A DNA stretch of 64,000 nucleotides from contig CAWCYU010000021.1 of NCBI GenBank assembly GCA_963799905.1, forward strand, positions 19,628-83,627, written 5' to 3'. Below are positions 55,561 through 64,000 of the stretch, one piece after another. Numbering within the stretch: the stretch's first letter is position 1; the number at the start of each line of letters is the position of its first letter. The notes under the pieces were generated by a model. It had not been told where the DNA came from. It made no database searches and was given only the letters and a program-made list of their open reading frames with translations. This stretch comes from an uncultured Thermoleophilia bacterium (GTDB lineage Bacteria > Actinomycetota > Thermoleophilia > Gaiellales > Gaiellaceae). The position numbers were made by a program, and so were the translations under genes.

Positions 55561-56007
55561 CTACGACGCAGCTGCGACGTGATCGTGCAGCGAGAGGATC
55601 TCGGCGGTCGCGCCGCGCTCGATCCGCTCGAGCCGCCGGTCGACGCCCTGCCAGCCCGACGAGACCAGATCGACGAGCAAGGTCAGGTCGTCCAGGCGTG
55701 CGTTGCGCTCGGCAATCAGCTCCTGCTCGAGCCGTTCGAGCCGCCCGACCGCGTTGTTGAGCAGTCCCTTGATCTCCCCGAGGTTCCGCGCCACCGGCAG
55801 CACCTCGCGCCGCAGGCCCTCCTGCACGGCTTCGCCGACGCGATTCGGCAAGGCCGCCTCGAAGGTGAGCGCCGCGGCACCGAGCGCCTCGACTTCCTCG
55901 CGCGAGCGGCGCAGGGCCGCTTCGAACCGTCCTTCTTCGTTTCTGTTGGCCGTGCTGCGTGCGTCAGCGATCCGCTTCTTCGCTCGTTCCAATGCCTGTT
56001 CATCCAT
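55561..56007 (-). CDS. Coiled-coil hypothetical protein
   Basis: Heptad-rich helical ORF with a -10 TAGCCT 7 nt before the ATG. Confidence 0.75.
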   Translation of the reverse strand: MDEQALERAKKRIADARSTANRNEEGRFEAALRRSREEVEALGAAALTFEAALPNRVGEAVQEGLRREVLPVARNLGEIKGLLNNAVGRLERLEQELIAERNARLDDLTLLVDLVSSGWQGVDRRLERIERGATAEILSLHDHVAAAS

Positions 56008-56033
56008 GGGCGCAAGGCTACTCTGGCCGTCGG

Positions 56034-56972
56034 ATGAGATCGGACGAGCTCGACTACGACCTGCCGCCTGAGCTGATCGCCCAGCATCCTGCGAGCCGGC
56101 GTGACGCCTCCCGGCTTCTCGTCTACGACCGGGCCAGCGGGGCCGTCCGCCATCGCACCTTTGCGGATCTCCCGGACGAGCTCGACCGGGAGCTCGTCGT
56201 CGTCAACGACACCAAGGTCGTTCCTGCGCGCCTCCGCCTGAGGCGCGAGACGGGAGGCGAGGCCGAGGTACTGCTCCTGGAACCGGTCGGCGACGGCGTG
56301 TGGGAGGCGCTCGCACGCCCATCGCGGAGGCTACGGGCGGGCGAGCGGCTCGGGGCGGTCGAGCTCATCGAGCCGCTCGGCGAGGGACGCTGGCGGATCC
56401 GGCTCGACGGCGAGCCCGACGGCGAGCCACCGCTGCCGCCGTACATCCACGAGCCCCTGGCGGAGCCGGAGCGGTATCAGACCGTCTACGCCGCGGACGC
56501 CGGGTCCGCTGCGGCACCCACGGCCGGCCTCCACTTCACGCCTGAGCTGCTTGCCCGGCTCGACGTCGAGCGGGTCACTCTCCACGTCGGCCTCGACACG
56601 TTCCGGCCGCTCACCGTCGACGAGCTCGAGGCGCACGCGTTGCACGGCGAGAGGTATCACGTCTCGGCCGAGTCGTGGGCGAGGATCGCCGCAGCCGATC
56701 GCGTCCTGGCCGTCGGCACGACGACGGTCCGCGTGCTCGAGACGATCGCCCGGGACGGACGGCTCGAAGGCCGCACCTCGCTGTACGTGCTGCCGGGCTT
56801 CACGTTCCGGCGGGTCGATGCGCTCCTGACCAACTTCCACTTGCCACGATCGACGCTACTCGCGCTCGTGATGGCATTCGCCGGCGTCGACGCGGTGCGC
56901 GACCTGTACCGCCTCGCGGTCGAGCAGAAATACCGGTTCTACTCCTTCGGCGACGCGATGCTGATCCTGTGA
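56034..56972 (+). CDS. queA: S-adenosylmethionine:tRNA ribosyltransferase-isomerase
   Basis: DYDLPPELIAQ, PLPPYI, YQTVYA, AAPTAGLHF, TNFHLPRST and YRFYSFGDAM. Confidence 0.97.
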   Translation: MRSDELDYDLPPELIAQHPASRRDASRLLVYDRASGAVRHRTFADLPDELDRELVVVNDTKVVPARLRLRRETGGEAEVLLLEPVGDGVWEALARPSRRLRAGERLGAVELIEPLGEGRWRIRLDGEPDGEPPLPPYIHEPLAEPERYQTVYAADAGSAAAPTAGLHFTPELLARLDVERVTLHVGLDTFRPLTVDELEAHALHGERYHVSAESWARIAAADRVLAVGTTTVRVLETIARDGRLEGRTSLYVLPGFTFRRVDALLTNFHLPRSTLLALVMAFAGVDAVRDLYRLAVEQKYRFYSFGDAMLIL

Positions 56973-57006
56973 TGCCGCCACAATCCGATCGCGTACCCTC
57001 GCCCGC

Positions 57007-58140
57007 GTGACCTGCTTCACCCTCGACGCGCGAGACGGTGCCGCCCGGGCCGGAACCGTCCACACCTCGCACGGCGCCATCCCGACGCCGGCCTTCATGC
57101 CGGTCGGCACGAAGGCGACCGTGAAGACCCTCCACCCCGACGAGGTTCGCGCGATGGGGGCGGCGGTGATCCTCGGCAACACGTACCACCTTCATTTCCG
57201 CCCGGGCGAGGATGTGATCGAGGAGCTCGGCGGCCTGCACGCCTTCTCCGGTTGGGACGGGCCGATCCTGACCGACTCCGGCGGCTTCCAGGTCTTCTCG
57301 CTTCGCGACACCCTGCTCGCGGTCGACGACGACGGCGTCACCTTCAGGTCCGTGTACGACGGCGCGCCGGAGCGCTTCACGCCCGAGAGCGTCGCCGAGA
57401 TCCAACGCCGGCTCGGCTCCGACATCGCGATGTGCCTCGACATCTGCCCGCCGGCCGACGCGTCGCGTGAAGAGCACGAGCTCGCGGTCCGGCGAACCAC
57501 GCTCTGGGCGGAGCGGCAGGTCGGCGCCGCCAGGGCCACGGGTCAGTTGCGGTTCGGGATCGCGCAGGGCGGAACGGACCCGGAGCTCCGGCGCCGATCG
57601 ATCGAGGAGATCGCCGCGCTCGGCTTCGATGGAAACGCGCTGGGAGGGCTCGCCGTCGGTGAGAGCAGGGAAGAGATGCTAGGGACGGTCGCCTGGAGCG
57701 CGCCGCTCCTCCCCGACGACCGGCCCCGCTATTTCATGGGGCTGGGGGACACGGAGGGAATTCTCGGCGTGATCGCGGCGGGGATCGACATGTTCGACTG
57801 CGTGCTTCCGACGAGGACGGCGCGGACGGGCTCGGCACTGACGGCGACAGGGAAGATGAACCTGCGCAACGCCCGCTACGCGCGTGATCCGCGGCCGCTC
57901 GAAGCAGGCTGCGGATGTCCCGCGTGCACCAGATTCTCCCGCGCGTTCATCCGACACCTCGTCAACCAGGAGGAGATCCTCGGGCTTCGGCTCCTCTCTC
58001 TGCATAATCTATGGCTCGTTCATCGACTGACCGCGGGCGCGCGGGATGCGATCCGCCGCGGAGTGTTCGACGAATTCCGGACGGAAGCGCTCGTGCGCCT
58101 CGCCGGCGGCCCACAGGAGGATTTGTGTCAGGACTACTGA
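57007..58140 (+). CDS. tgt: tRNA-guanine transglycosylase
   Basis: TPAFMPVGT, TDSGGFQ, DMFDCV and a CxCxxC...H Zn site. Confidence 0.97.
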   Translation: MTCFTLDARDGAARAGTVHTSHGAIPTPAFMPVGTKATVKTLHPDEVRAMGAAVILGNTYHLHFRPGEDVIEELGGLHAFSGWDGPILTDSGGFQVFSLRDTLLAVDDDGVTFRSVYDGAPERFTPESVAEIQRRLGSDIAMCLDICPPADASREEHELAVRRTTLWAERQVGAARATGQLRFGIAQGGTDPELRRRSIEEIAALGFDGNALGGLAVGESREEMLGTVAWSAPLLPDDRPRYFMGLGDTEGILGVIAAGIDMFDCVLPTRTARTGSALTATGKMNLRNARYARDPRPLEAGCGCPACTRFSRAFIRHLVNQEEILGLRLLSLHNLWLVHRLTAGARDAIRRGVFDEFRTEALVRLAGGPQEDLCQDY

Positions 58141-58586
58141 TCATCGTTGCTCTCTTCGCATTGCTGTGGGTGCTGATGATCCGCCCCCAGAGGGCGAAGG
58201 CCCAACAGCAGCAGCGGATGCTCGGCGACGTCGCGCCCGGTGACGAGATCCTCACGGTCGGTGGTCTCTACGGGATCGTGCAGGAGCTCGAGCCGGAGGA
58301 GGACGGGGGAGACCTGATCGTCGAGATCGCCGACGGGATCCACGTGCGCATCGCGCGTCGGGCCCTCGCCACCGTCGTCAAACCGGACGAGGATGACGAC
58401 GACGAAACCGCCGACAGTGGTGACGGCGAGGACGACCCGTCGGAGGGCGAAAACGTCGTCGACGCCGAAGCGGAAGCGCTCGACGGGCACGCAGAGTTGC
58501 CGGCAGGGGTAGCTGAGGTTAACGGCGAACAAGAAACTGTAAATCCAGGTGCCGCCGAGGATGCGGCGCCACCCGGCCGCAGCTAG
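58125..58586 (+). CDS. yajC: Preprotein translocase subunit YajC with long acidic tail
   Basis: TM-IRPQ and GDEILTVGGLYG, with an AGGAGG RBS. Confidence 0.92.
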   Translation: MSGLLIIVALFALLWVLMIRPQRAKAQQQQRMLGDVAPGDEILTVGGLYGIVQELEPEEDGGDLIVEIADGIHVRIARRALATVVKPDEDDDDETADSGDGEDDPSEGENVVDAEAEALDGHAELPAGVAEVNGEQETVNPGAAEDAAPPGRS

Positions 58587-58601
58587 CCTTCGCGCCGCAA
58601 G

Positions 58602-61304
58602 ATGACCCGTCGTTCAGCCATCGTCGTCGTCTCACTGGTCATTGCCGCGCTCGTCGGCGTGGCGCTGATGACCGTGCCGTCGTCGCCGTTGCACCGGAAG
58701 CCGACGCTCGGCCTCGACCTCCAGGGCGGCCTCGAGATCACGAAGCAGGCGGTGCCTCCGAAGGGTCGGGAGCTGACGAAGGAAGATCTCAGCCGCTCGG
58801 TGTCGATCATGCGCGACCGCGTCGACCGGCTCGGCGTCTCCGAGCCGGAGATTCGGACGCAGGGCAAGGATCAGATCACGATCGCGCTCCCGGGCGTCAA
58901 GGATCCTGCCGCTGCCGCCAAGATCATCGGCAAGACGGCCCAGCTCGAGCTCTACGACCTCGAGACGAGCCTCGTCCCGCCGTCGATCGACATCGGCGGG
59001 AACCCCGTGGCCCGAGCGAGCGTCTACGACCTGCTTGCCGGGCAGCAGGCGATCGTCAAGGGCAACGCCGACCAATGGTGGGTGTTCGACACGAAGAAGA
59101 AGCTCGTCGTCGGCCCGGTTTCGTCCAAGCAGAAGGCGCTTGCGACGTACGAAGGGAAGCTGCCGGCCGGCTACAAGCTCTTCGGGACGCCCAACGGCAC
59201 CGTGGTCGTCTCGTGCGGCGTGCAGGCCGTCGTGTGCCCTGGGGTGGGGACGGCTCCCACAGGCAATTCGTACTACCTGCTCAAGTACGACCCCCCGTCC
59301 GTCCCGCAGATGACGGGCGAGGACCTCAAGCTCTCCGGGACGAGGCAGGACTTCGACACGACCAGCAACCAGCCGATCGTGCTCCTCGATTTCACGAAGA
59401 AGGGGAGCGATCGCTTCCAGGAGATCACGCGGGCCGAGTACGTCCGCGGCAAGCTTCGCAACGCCCCGCAGCACTTCGCGATCGTGCTCGACCGCGAGAT
59501 CCGCTCCTGGCCCCAGATCGACTTCACCGACGGATCGCTGTCCGGCGGTATCTCCGGCAATGCCCAGATCACGGGCATCGGCTCGGTGAAAGAGGCGAAG
59601 GACATCGCGCTCGTGCTCCAGACCGGCGCCCTGCCCGTCAACTTCGTCACCCTCGACCAGACCGCCATCTCTGCGACGCTCGGCAAGGACTCGCTGAACG
59701 AGGCGAAGACAGCCGCCATCGTCGGCCTGCTCCTCGTGGCGCTCTTCCTGCTCGTCTTCTATCGCTTCCTCGGCCTCGTCGCCGTGCTCGGGCTCGGCAT
59801 CTACGCCGCCTTTCTCTATGCCGCGATCCTGCTCTTCCACGTCACCCTGACGCTGCCGGGATTCGCCGGCCTCGTGCTGACGCTCGGCGTCGCCGCCGAC
59901 GCGAACGTCGTCATCTTCGAACGCATCAAGGAGGAGGCGCGCGCAGGACGCAGCGTCAAGGCGGCGATCCAAACGGGATACACGAAGGGCTTCGCGACGA
60001 TCGTCGACGCCAATGTCGTCACCGCGATCACGGCGCTCGTTCTCTTCGCGGTTGCGACGTCGTCCGTGCGCGGGTTCGCGCTGATGCTGCTGATCGGTAC
60101 CGCGATCTCGATGCTCACCGCCGTGCTCGCGACTCGGGCCTTCCTCTCGCTGCTCGCGGGGTCGAGTTTCCTCGACAACCCCCGCGTGATCGGCACCGCC
60201 GGTGGCGGCATACCCGGCTGGCTGAAGATCGACTTCATCCGCCGCCGGCGGCTCTGGTTCGGCATCTCGGCCGCCGTGATCGCCATCTCGATCCTGGCGC
60301 TCGGGATCCGCGGCCTCAATCTCGGGATCGACTTCAAGGGCGGCACCCAGATCGCCTTCGAGACACCTGCCCCGACGTCTCTCGGCACGGTCCGCGACCA
60401 AGCGGCGCGCATCGGCCAGGCGAGCGCGCAGATCGTGGGCCGGGGGCCCTCGACGAGCGGCGACAGCTACAAGAGCTTCCAGATCAGGACCGAGACGCTG
60501 ACGACCGACGAGGCCGCGCAGCTCCAGGCGGACCTGACGAAGACGGTCAAGGCGGATGCGTTCGGGATCAAGAACGTCTCCTCGAGCTTCGGCCGCCAGA
60601 TCGCCAAGTCGGCCATCCTCGCGATCATCGTCTCGCTGCTCCTGATCGTCGGCTACATCTCGATCCGGTTCCAGTGGCAGTTCGCGGTACCGGCGATCGT
60701 GGCGTTGATCCACGACATCGTGATCACGATCGGCATCTACGCGCTGCTCGGCAGGGAGGTGACGACCGCCACGGTCGCCGCGGTCCTGACCGTGCTCGGG
60801 TATTCGATCTACGACACGATCATCATCTTCGACCGGATCAGGGAGAACATCCCGCTGATGAAGCGTGGCTCGTTCCGTCAGATCACGAACGTCTCGCTGT
60901 GGGAGACGATCCCCCGGTCACTCGCCACCACCTTCATCACGCTGCTTCCGATCGCCTCGCTGCTCATCTTCGGCGGCGCGACACTCAACGATTTCGCCTT
61001 CGCCCTCTTCATCGGCATCGCGTCGGGCGCCTACTCGTCGATCTTCGTGGCGGCTCCGCTGCTCGACTGGATCAAGGAGCGGGAGCCGGAGTTTGCGCGG
61101 CGCAAGCACGAGGAAGCGGTCGAGGTGCAGTCGGTCGGCGGCGCGCTCGTCGTCGAGACGCCCACGCTCGTCGCGGAGGCCGAGGAGCTCCTGGCTCCCG
61201 ATCCCCCGCCGGCCGCCGTCGCCCCGGCGGCACCGGCAAGCTCGGCCGGGCGTGATCGGCGTCGCGCCCGCCGTTCGAGCCGTCCGCACGGCCGCGCCCG
61301 CTGA
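58602..61304 (+). CDS. secDF: Fused SecD/SecF
   Basis: LGLDLQGG, LGVSEP, DANVVIFERIKE, LGIDFKGG and YDTIIIFDRIRE. Confidence 0.97.
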   Translation: MTRRSAIVVVSLVIAALVGVALMTVPSSPLHRKPTLGLDLQGGLEITKQAVPPKGRELTKEDLSRSVSIMRDRVDRLGVSEPEIRTQGKDQITIALPGVKDPAAAAKIIGKTAQLELYDLETSLVPPSIDIGGNPVARASVYDLLAGQQAIVKGNADQWWVFDTKKKLVVGPVSSKQKALATYEGKLPAGYKLFGTPNGTVVVSCGVQAVVCPGVGTAPTGNSYYLLKYDPPSVPQMTGEDLKLSGTRQDFDTTSNQPIVLLDFTKKGSDRFQEITRAEYVRGKLRNAPQHFAIVLDREIRSWPQIDFTDGSLSGGISGNAQITGIGSVKEAKDIALVLQTGALPVNFVTLDQTAISATLGKDSLNEAKTAAIVGLLLVALFLLVFYRFLGLVAVLGLGIYAAFLYAAILLFHVTLTLPGFAGLVLTLGVAADANVVIFERIKEEARAGRSVKAAIQTGYTKGFATIVDANVVTAITALVLFAVATSSVRGFALMLLIGTAISMLTAVLATRAFLSLLAGSSFLDNPRVIGTAGGGIPGWLKIDFIRRRRLWFGISAAVIAISILALGIRGLNLGIDFKGGTQIAFETPAPTSLGTVRDQAARIGQASAQIVGRGPSTSGDSYKSFQIRTETLTTDEAAQLQADLTKTVKADAFGIKNVSSSFGRQIAKSAILAIIVSLLLIVGYISIRFQWQFAVPAIVALIHDIVITIGIYALLGREVTTATVAAVLTVLGYSIYDTIIIFDRIRENIPLMKRGSFRQITNVSLWETIPRSLATTFITLLPIASLLIFGGATLNDFAFALFIGIASGAYSSIFVAAPLLDWIKEREPEFARRKHEEAVEVQSVGGALVVETPTLVAEAEELLAPDPPPAAVAPAAPASSAGRDRRRARRSSRPHGRAR

Positions 61305-61341
61305 CGCCGACGCCGCGGCCCGAAGGCGTACACTTCGGCCC

Positions 61342-61680
61342 ATGGAGACGAACGGCACCACCGAGCCTCGCTCATTCGAGCAGATGCTGCTCGCAGGGCT
61401 CGGCTGGATGTCGGTGACCGCAGAGGCGGCCGATGACGTGATCGACGATCTCGCCCGGCGGGTCGGTATCGACCGTGACGAGATGCGGGCTGCGGTGCGC
61501 GATGCGGTCGCGAGCTGGCGCGCCGAAGCGGAGAAGATCGGCGCGATCCCATCGGACGCCTCGGAGATGGCTCTGAAGCGCCTCGGGCTCGTCCGGCGTG
61601 AAGAGGTGGAGGACCTCGCGCTTCGGGTCGCACAGCTCGAGCATCGGGTGCGCCTGCTCGAGAAGCCGCAGCCGGTCTAG
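61342..61680 (+). CDS. Phasin-like (PHA granule-associated) protein
   Basis: LLAGLG...LGLVRREEVEDLALRVAQLE. TACACT lies upstream. Confidence 0.72.
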   Translation: METNGTTEPRSFEQMLLAGLGWMSVTAEAADDVIDDLARRVGIDRDEMRAAVRDAVASWRAEAEKIGAIPSDASEMALKRLGLVRREEVEDLALRVAQLEHRVRLLEKPQPV

Positions 61681-61707
61681 CCGACCACGGCCTCCGGCGA
61701 GACACTG

Positions 61708-63342
61708 ATGGCGACCGCGCGCCCCCAGCGGAGAATCGGCCGGCTCTCCGAGATCGGACGCGTCGCGACCCGCCACGGCTTCGGGTACCTGATCGACCGC
61801 CGGCGGAGCAACGACAACACCCAGCTCGCGGACCGCGGCCGACGGCTGCGAGAGATGCTCGACGAGCTCGGACCGACATTCGTCAAGTTCGGCCAGCTCC
61901 TGTCGACGAGGCCGGACGTGATGCCGCCCGACATCGTCGCCGAGCTCCGTGGGCTGCAGGACGACGTGACGCCGTTTGCCTTCGCGGACGTGCGTCGGGT
62001 GATCGAGGAGGAGATCGGGCTCACGATCGAGCAGGCGTTCCTCACCTTCGAGGAGATTCCGATCGCAGCTGCCTCGATCGGCCAGGTGCACCGGGCGACG
62101 CTTCCGACAGGCGACGAGGTCGTGGTGAAGGTGCAACGGCCGGAGGCCCCTCGGCAGATCGAGTCGGACCTGCAGCTGATGCGCTCGGCGGCGCGCGTCG
62201 TGCGTGAGCGCGTTCGTGCCCTCGACTTCATCGACGCGGAGGCACTCGTGGATGAGTTCGGCCGCTCGATCCGCCAGGAGCTCGACTACCAGCACGAGGC
62301 CCGCAACGCTGAGACCTTCCGGCGCAACTTCGGTGACTCGACGGAGGTGGCCGTGCCGAAGGTGGTCTGGCGCTACTCGTCGCCGCGAGTGCTGACGCTC
62401 GAGTTCCTGCAGGGAACGCAGCTCGCCGACCTGGATCTGGACGCGCGTTCGCCCGAGGAACGACGCGAGCTCGCCTACCGGATGACCGACGCCTGGATGA
62501 CGATGATCTTCCGCCACGGGTTCTTCCACGGAGACCCGCATCCCGCGAACATCCTGCTGCTCGACGACGGGCGCATCGGCCTCGTCGACTTCGGCCTCGC
62601 GGGACGCTTGACGGACGAGGACATGACGCGGTTGACGCGCCTCTTCATCGACGCCGCCACCGAGAACGTCGATGCCCTGCCGCGCCGCTTGTCGGAGCTC
62701 GGGCTCCGCTACCCGAAGGAGCGGGAGGAGGAGCTACGGGCCGCGATCGAGGAGCTGTTCTACCGCTACTACGGCTCGAGCCTCTCGAGCATCGATCCGA
62801 TCGAGGTGATCCGGGAAGGGCTCGACCTCATCTACGAGCTCAACCTGAGGCTGCCGAGCAGGTTCGTGATCCTCGACAAGACGATCGCGACCCTCGGCTC
62901 CGTGGGCATCGAGCTCTATCCGGACTTCAACGTCTTCGAGGTCGCGCGGCCGTATGCGCGCCGGCTCATGGCCGAGCGTTTCTCGCCACGGCGGATGTCG
63001 CTGCGCGCCCAGTCGGAGGTGCGCGAGCTCGCCGGTGTGGCACGCGAGCTCCCCTATCAGCTGCGCGACGTGATCGAGCAGACGCGTCAGGGCAAGCTCG
63101 AGATCCAGATCAGAAACCCGGGCTTCGACGACCTCAGCTACCACATCGACCATGCCGTGAACCGCATCGCGGTGGCGCTGATCGTCCTCGGTGGGCTCGT
63201 CGGTTCGTCGATCGTCGGGGTGCTCGCGAAGGACGGCCCTCACATCATGGGCCTGCATCTCCTCTCGTTCGTCGGGTTCGTGATCTCCGGCATCTTCGCG
63301 GTCTGGCTCGTCTGGGGGATCGCCCGCTCCGGGCGGCTGTAA
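61708..63342 (+). CDS. ABC1/UbiB-family atypical kinase
   Basis: LGPTFVKFGQ, AAASIGQVH, VKVQRP, HGDPHPAN and DFG, with 2 C-terminal TM helices. Confidence 0.95.
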   Translation: MATARPQRRIGRLSEIGRVATRHGFGYLIDRRRSNDNTQLADRGRRLREMLDELGPTFVKFGQLLSTRPDVMPPDIVAELRGLQDDVTPFAFADVRRVIEEEIGLTIEQAFLTFEEIPIAAASIGQVHRATLPTGDEVVVKVQRPEAPRQIESDLQLMRSAARVVRERVRALDFIDAEALVDEFGRSIRQELDYQHEARNAETFRRNFGDSTEVAVPKVVWRYSSPRVLTLEFLQGTQLADLDLDARSPEERRELAYRMTDAWMTMIFRHGFFHGDPHPANILLLDDGRIGLVDFGLAGRLTDEDMTRLTRLFIDAATENVDALPRRLSELGLRYPKEREEELRAAIEELFYRYYGSSLSSIDPIEVIREGLDLIYELNLRLPSRFVILDKTIATLGSVGIELYPDFNVFEVARPYARRLMAERFSPRRMSLRAQSEVRELAGVARELPYQLRDVIEQTRQGKLEIQIRNPGFDDLSYHIDHAVNRIAVALIVLGGLVGSSIVGVLAKDGPHIMGLHLLSFVGFVISGIFAVWLVWGIARSGRL

Positions 63343-63461
63343 CGTCGGTTGGATCCGCCCGGGCCGGCTCCACAGCGCCAAGACCTCCTCGTGCGGGACG
63401 CCCCGCACCAGACGCCCTTCACGCCCTGTCGTCTCGACGGAGCCAGCATGGCTCGCAGCGC

Positions 63462-64000
63462 CTACGGGCCGAGCGACTCGACCGCGCCGGAGACCGACAG
63501 ACCGGGCTTCGGCCCGCCCGCAACCGCCCACACACGGCCCCCGAGCGCGACGACGCCGAGGCCGTGTCGCGGCGTGAGGAGGTCGGGGAGCGGCTGCCAG
63601 CGGCCTCTGGCCGGGTCGAAGCCGTAGACGGTGGCGATCGTGCCGCCGGGCTCTTCCCCGCCGACCGAGACGAGGCGGCCGCCCAACGGTGCCACTCCTG
63701 TGCCGCCGCGAGGTGTCGGAAGCGGCGCCAGGGTCGACCAGCGTCCGCCCGCGAACCCCTCGAGCAAGGCCACGTTCGTGTCGTACCCGGCCGCGCGTCC
63801 TCCGACCGCGTAGACGACGCCCCCGAGTGCCGTCGCACCGAGGTGCTCTCGCGGAGTCGGGCCTGGTGCCGCGCGCCAGCGGAGCGTGCGAAGGTCGAGG
63901 ATCAGCATCTGGCGGGCGAGGCCGCCGGCGGCGCCGCGCCCGCCGACGACGTACAGCCGCTCGCGCACGATCGCACCCGCCGCAGCTGCGCGGGCAGCAG
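63462..64000 (-). CDS. Kelch-repeat protein (5' end outside window)
   Basis: Repeated YxVGG...W...PTPR units. Confidence 0.88.
   Translation of the reverse strand, partial: AARAAAAGAIVRERLYVVGGRGAAGGLARQMLILDLRTLRWRAAPGPTPREHLGATALGGVVYAVGGRAAGYDTNVALLEGFAGGRWSTLAPLPTPRGGTGVAPLGGRLVSVGGEEPGGTIATVYGFDPARGRWQPLPDLLTPRHGLGVVALGGRVWAVAGGPKPGLSVSGAVESLGP

Noticed and set aside
4186-61255. Numerous long Arg/Pro-rich antisense or alternate-frame ORFs (e.g. 6543-9068, 11435-13369, 58632-60713)
   Set aside because: These are typical high-GC shadow ORFs overlapping well-supported genes, with no recognisable motifs.

Overview
GC-rich bacterial chromosomal window. Gene content (fused PafBC, Ku, leaderless -10 promoters, GGGTA-type stress promoters) suggests an actinobacterium, probably Thermoleophilia/Gaiellales-like (inference). 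The housekeeping backbone is yebC-ruvCAB, recJ, relA, pmm, endonuclease IV, ccmE-ccmF, queG, fused pafBC, a two-component system, ubiA, queA-tgt-yajC-secDF and an ABC1 kinase. The first ~7 kb has many single-base frameshifts that look like long-read errors. No rRNA, tRNA, CRISPR array, integrase or transposase was recognised. There are four main observations. (1) An archaeal-type cyclic 2,3-diphosphoglycerate (cDPG) operon is present: metallophosphoesterase-cpgS-2PGK, translationally coupled, where the phosphoesterase is a candidate cDPG hydrolase. (2) A YGTCCG-N10-TAnnnT promoter motif, a variant of the PafBC/RecA-NDp DNA-damage promoter, lies upstream of ruvC, ruvB and recJ. It also lies upstream of two uncharacterised units: a 78-aa protein and a PD-(D/E)XK-like nuclease + HPRT-like operon. 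A fused PafBC gene is in the same window. (3) A ~10 kb block (Ku, phospholipase D, cysteine hydrolase, DUF1206, degenerate PolX-PHP, small acidic ORFs) carries six SigB/SigF-type promoter motifs. (4) Several unannotated small ORFs, repeated 16-bp palindromes and a highly structured leader before an orphan Flp pilin are present.
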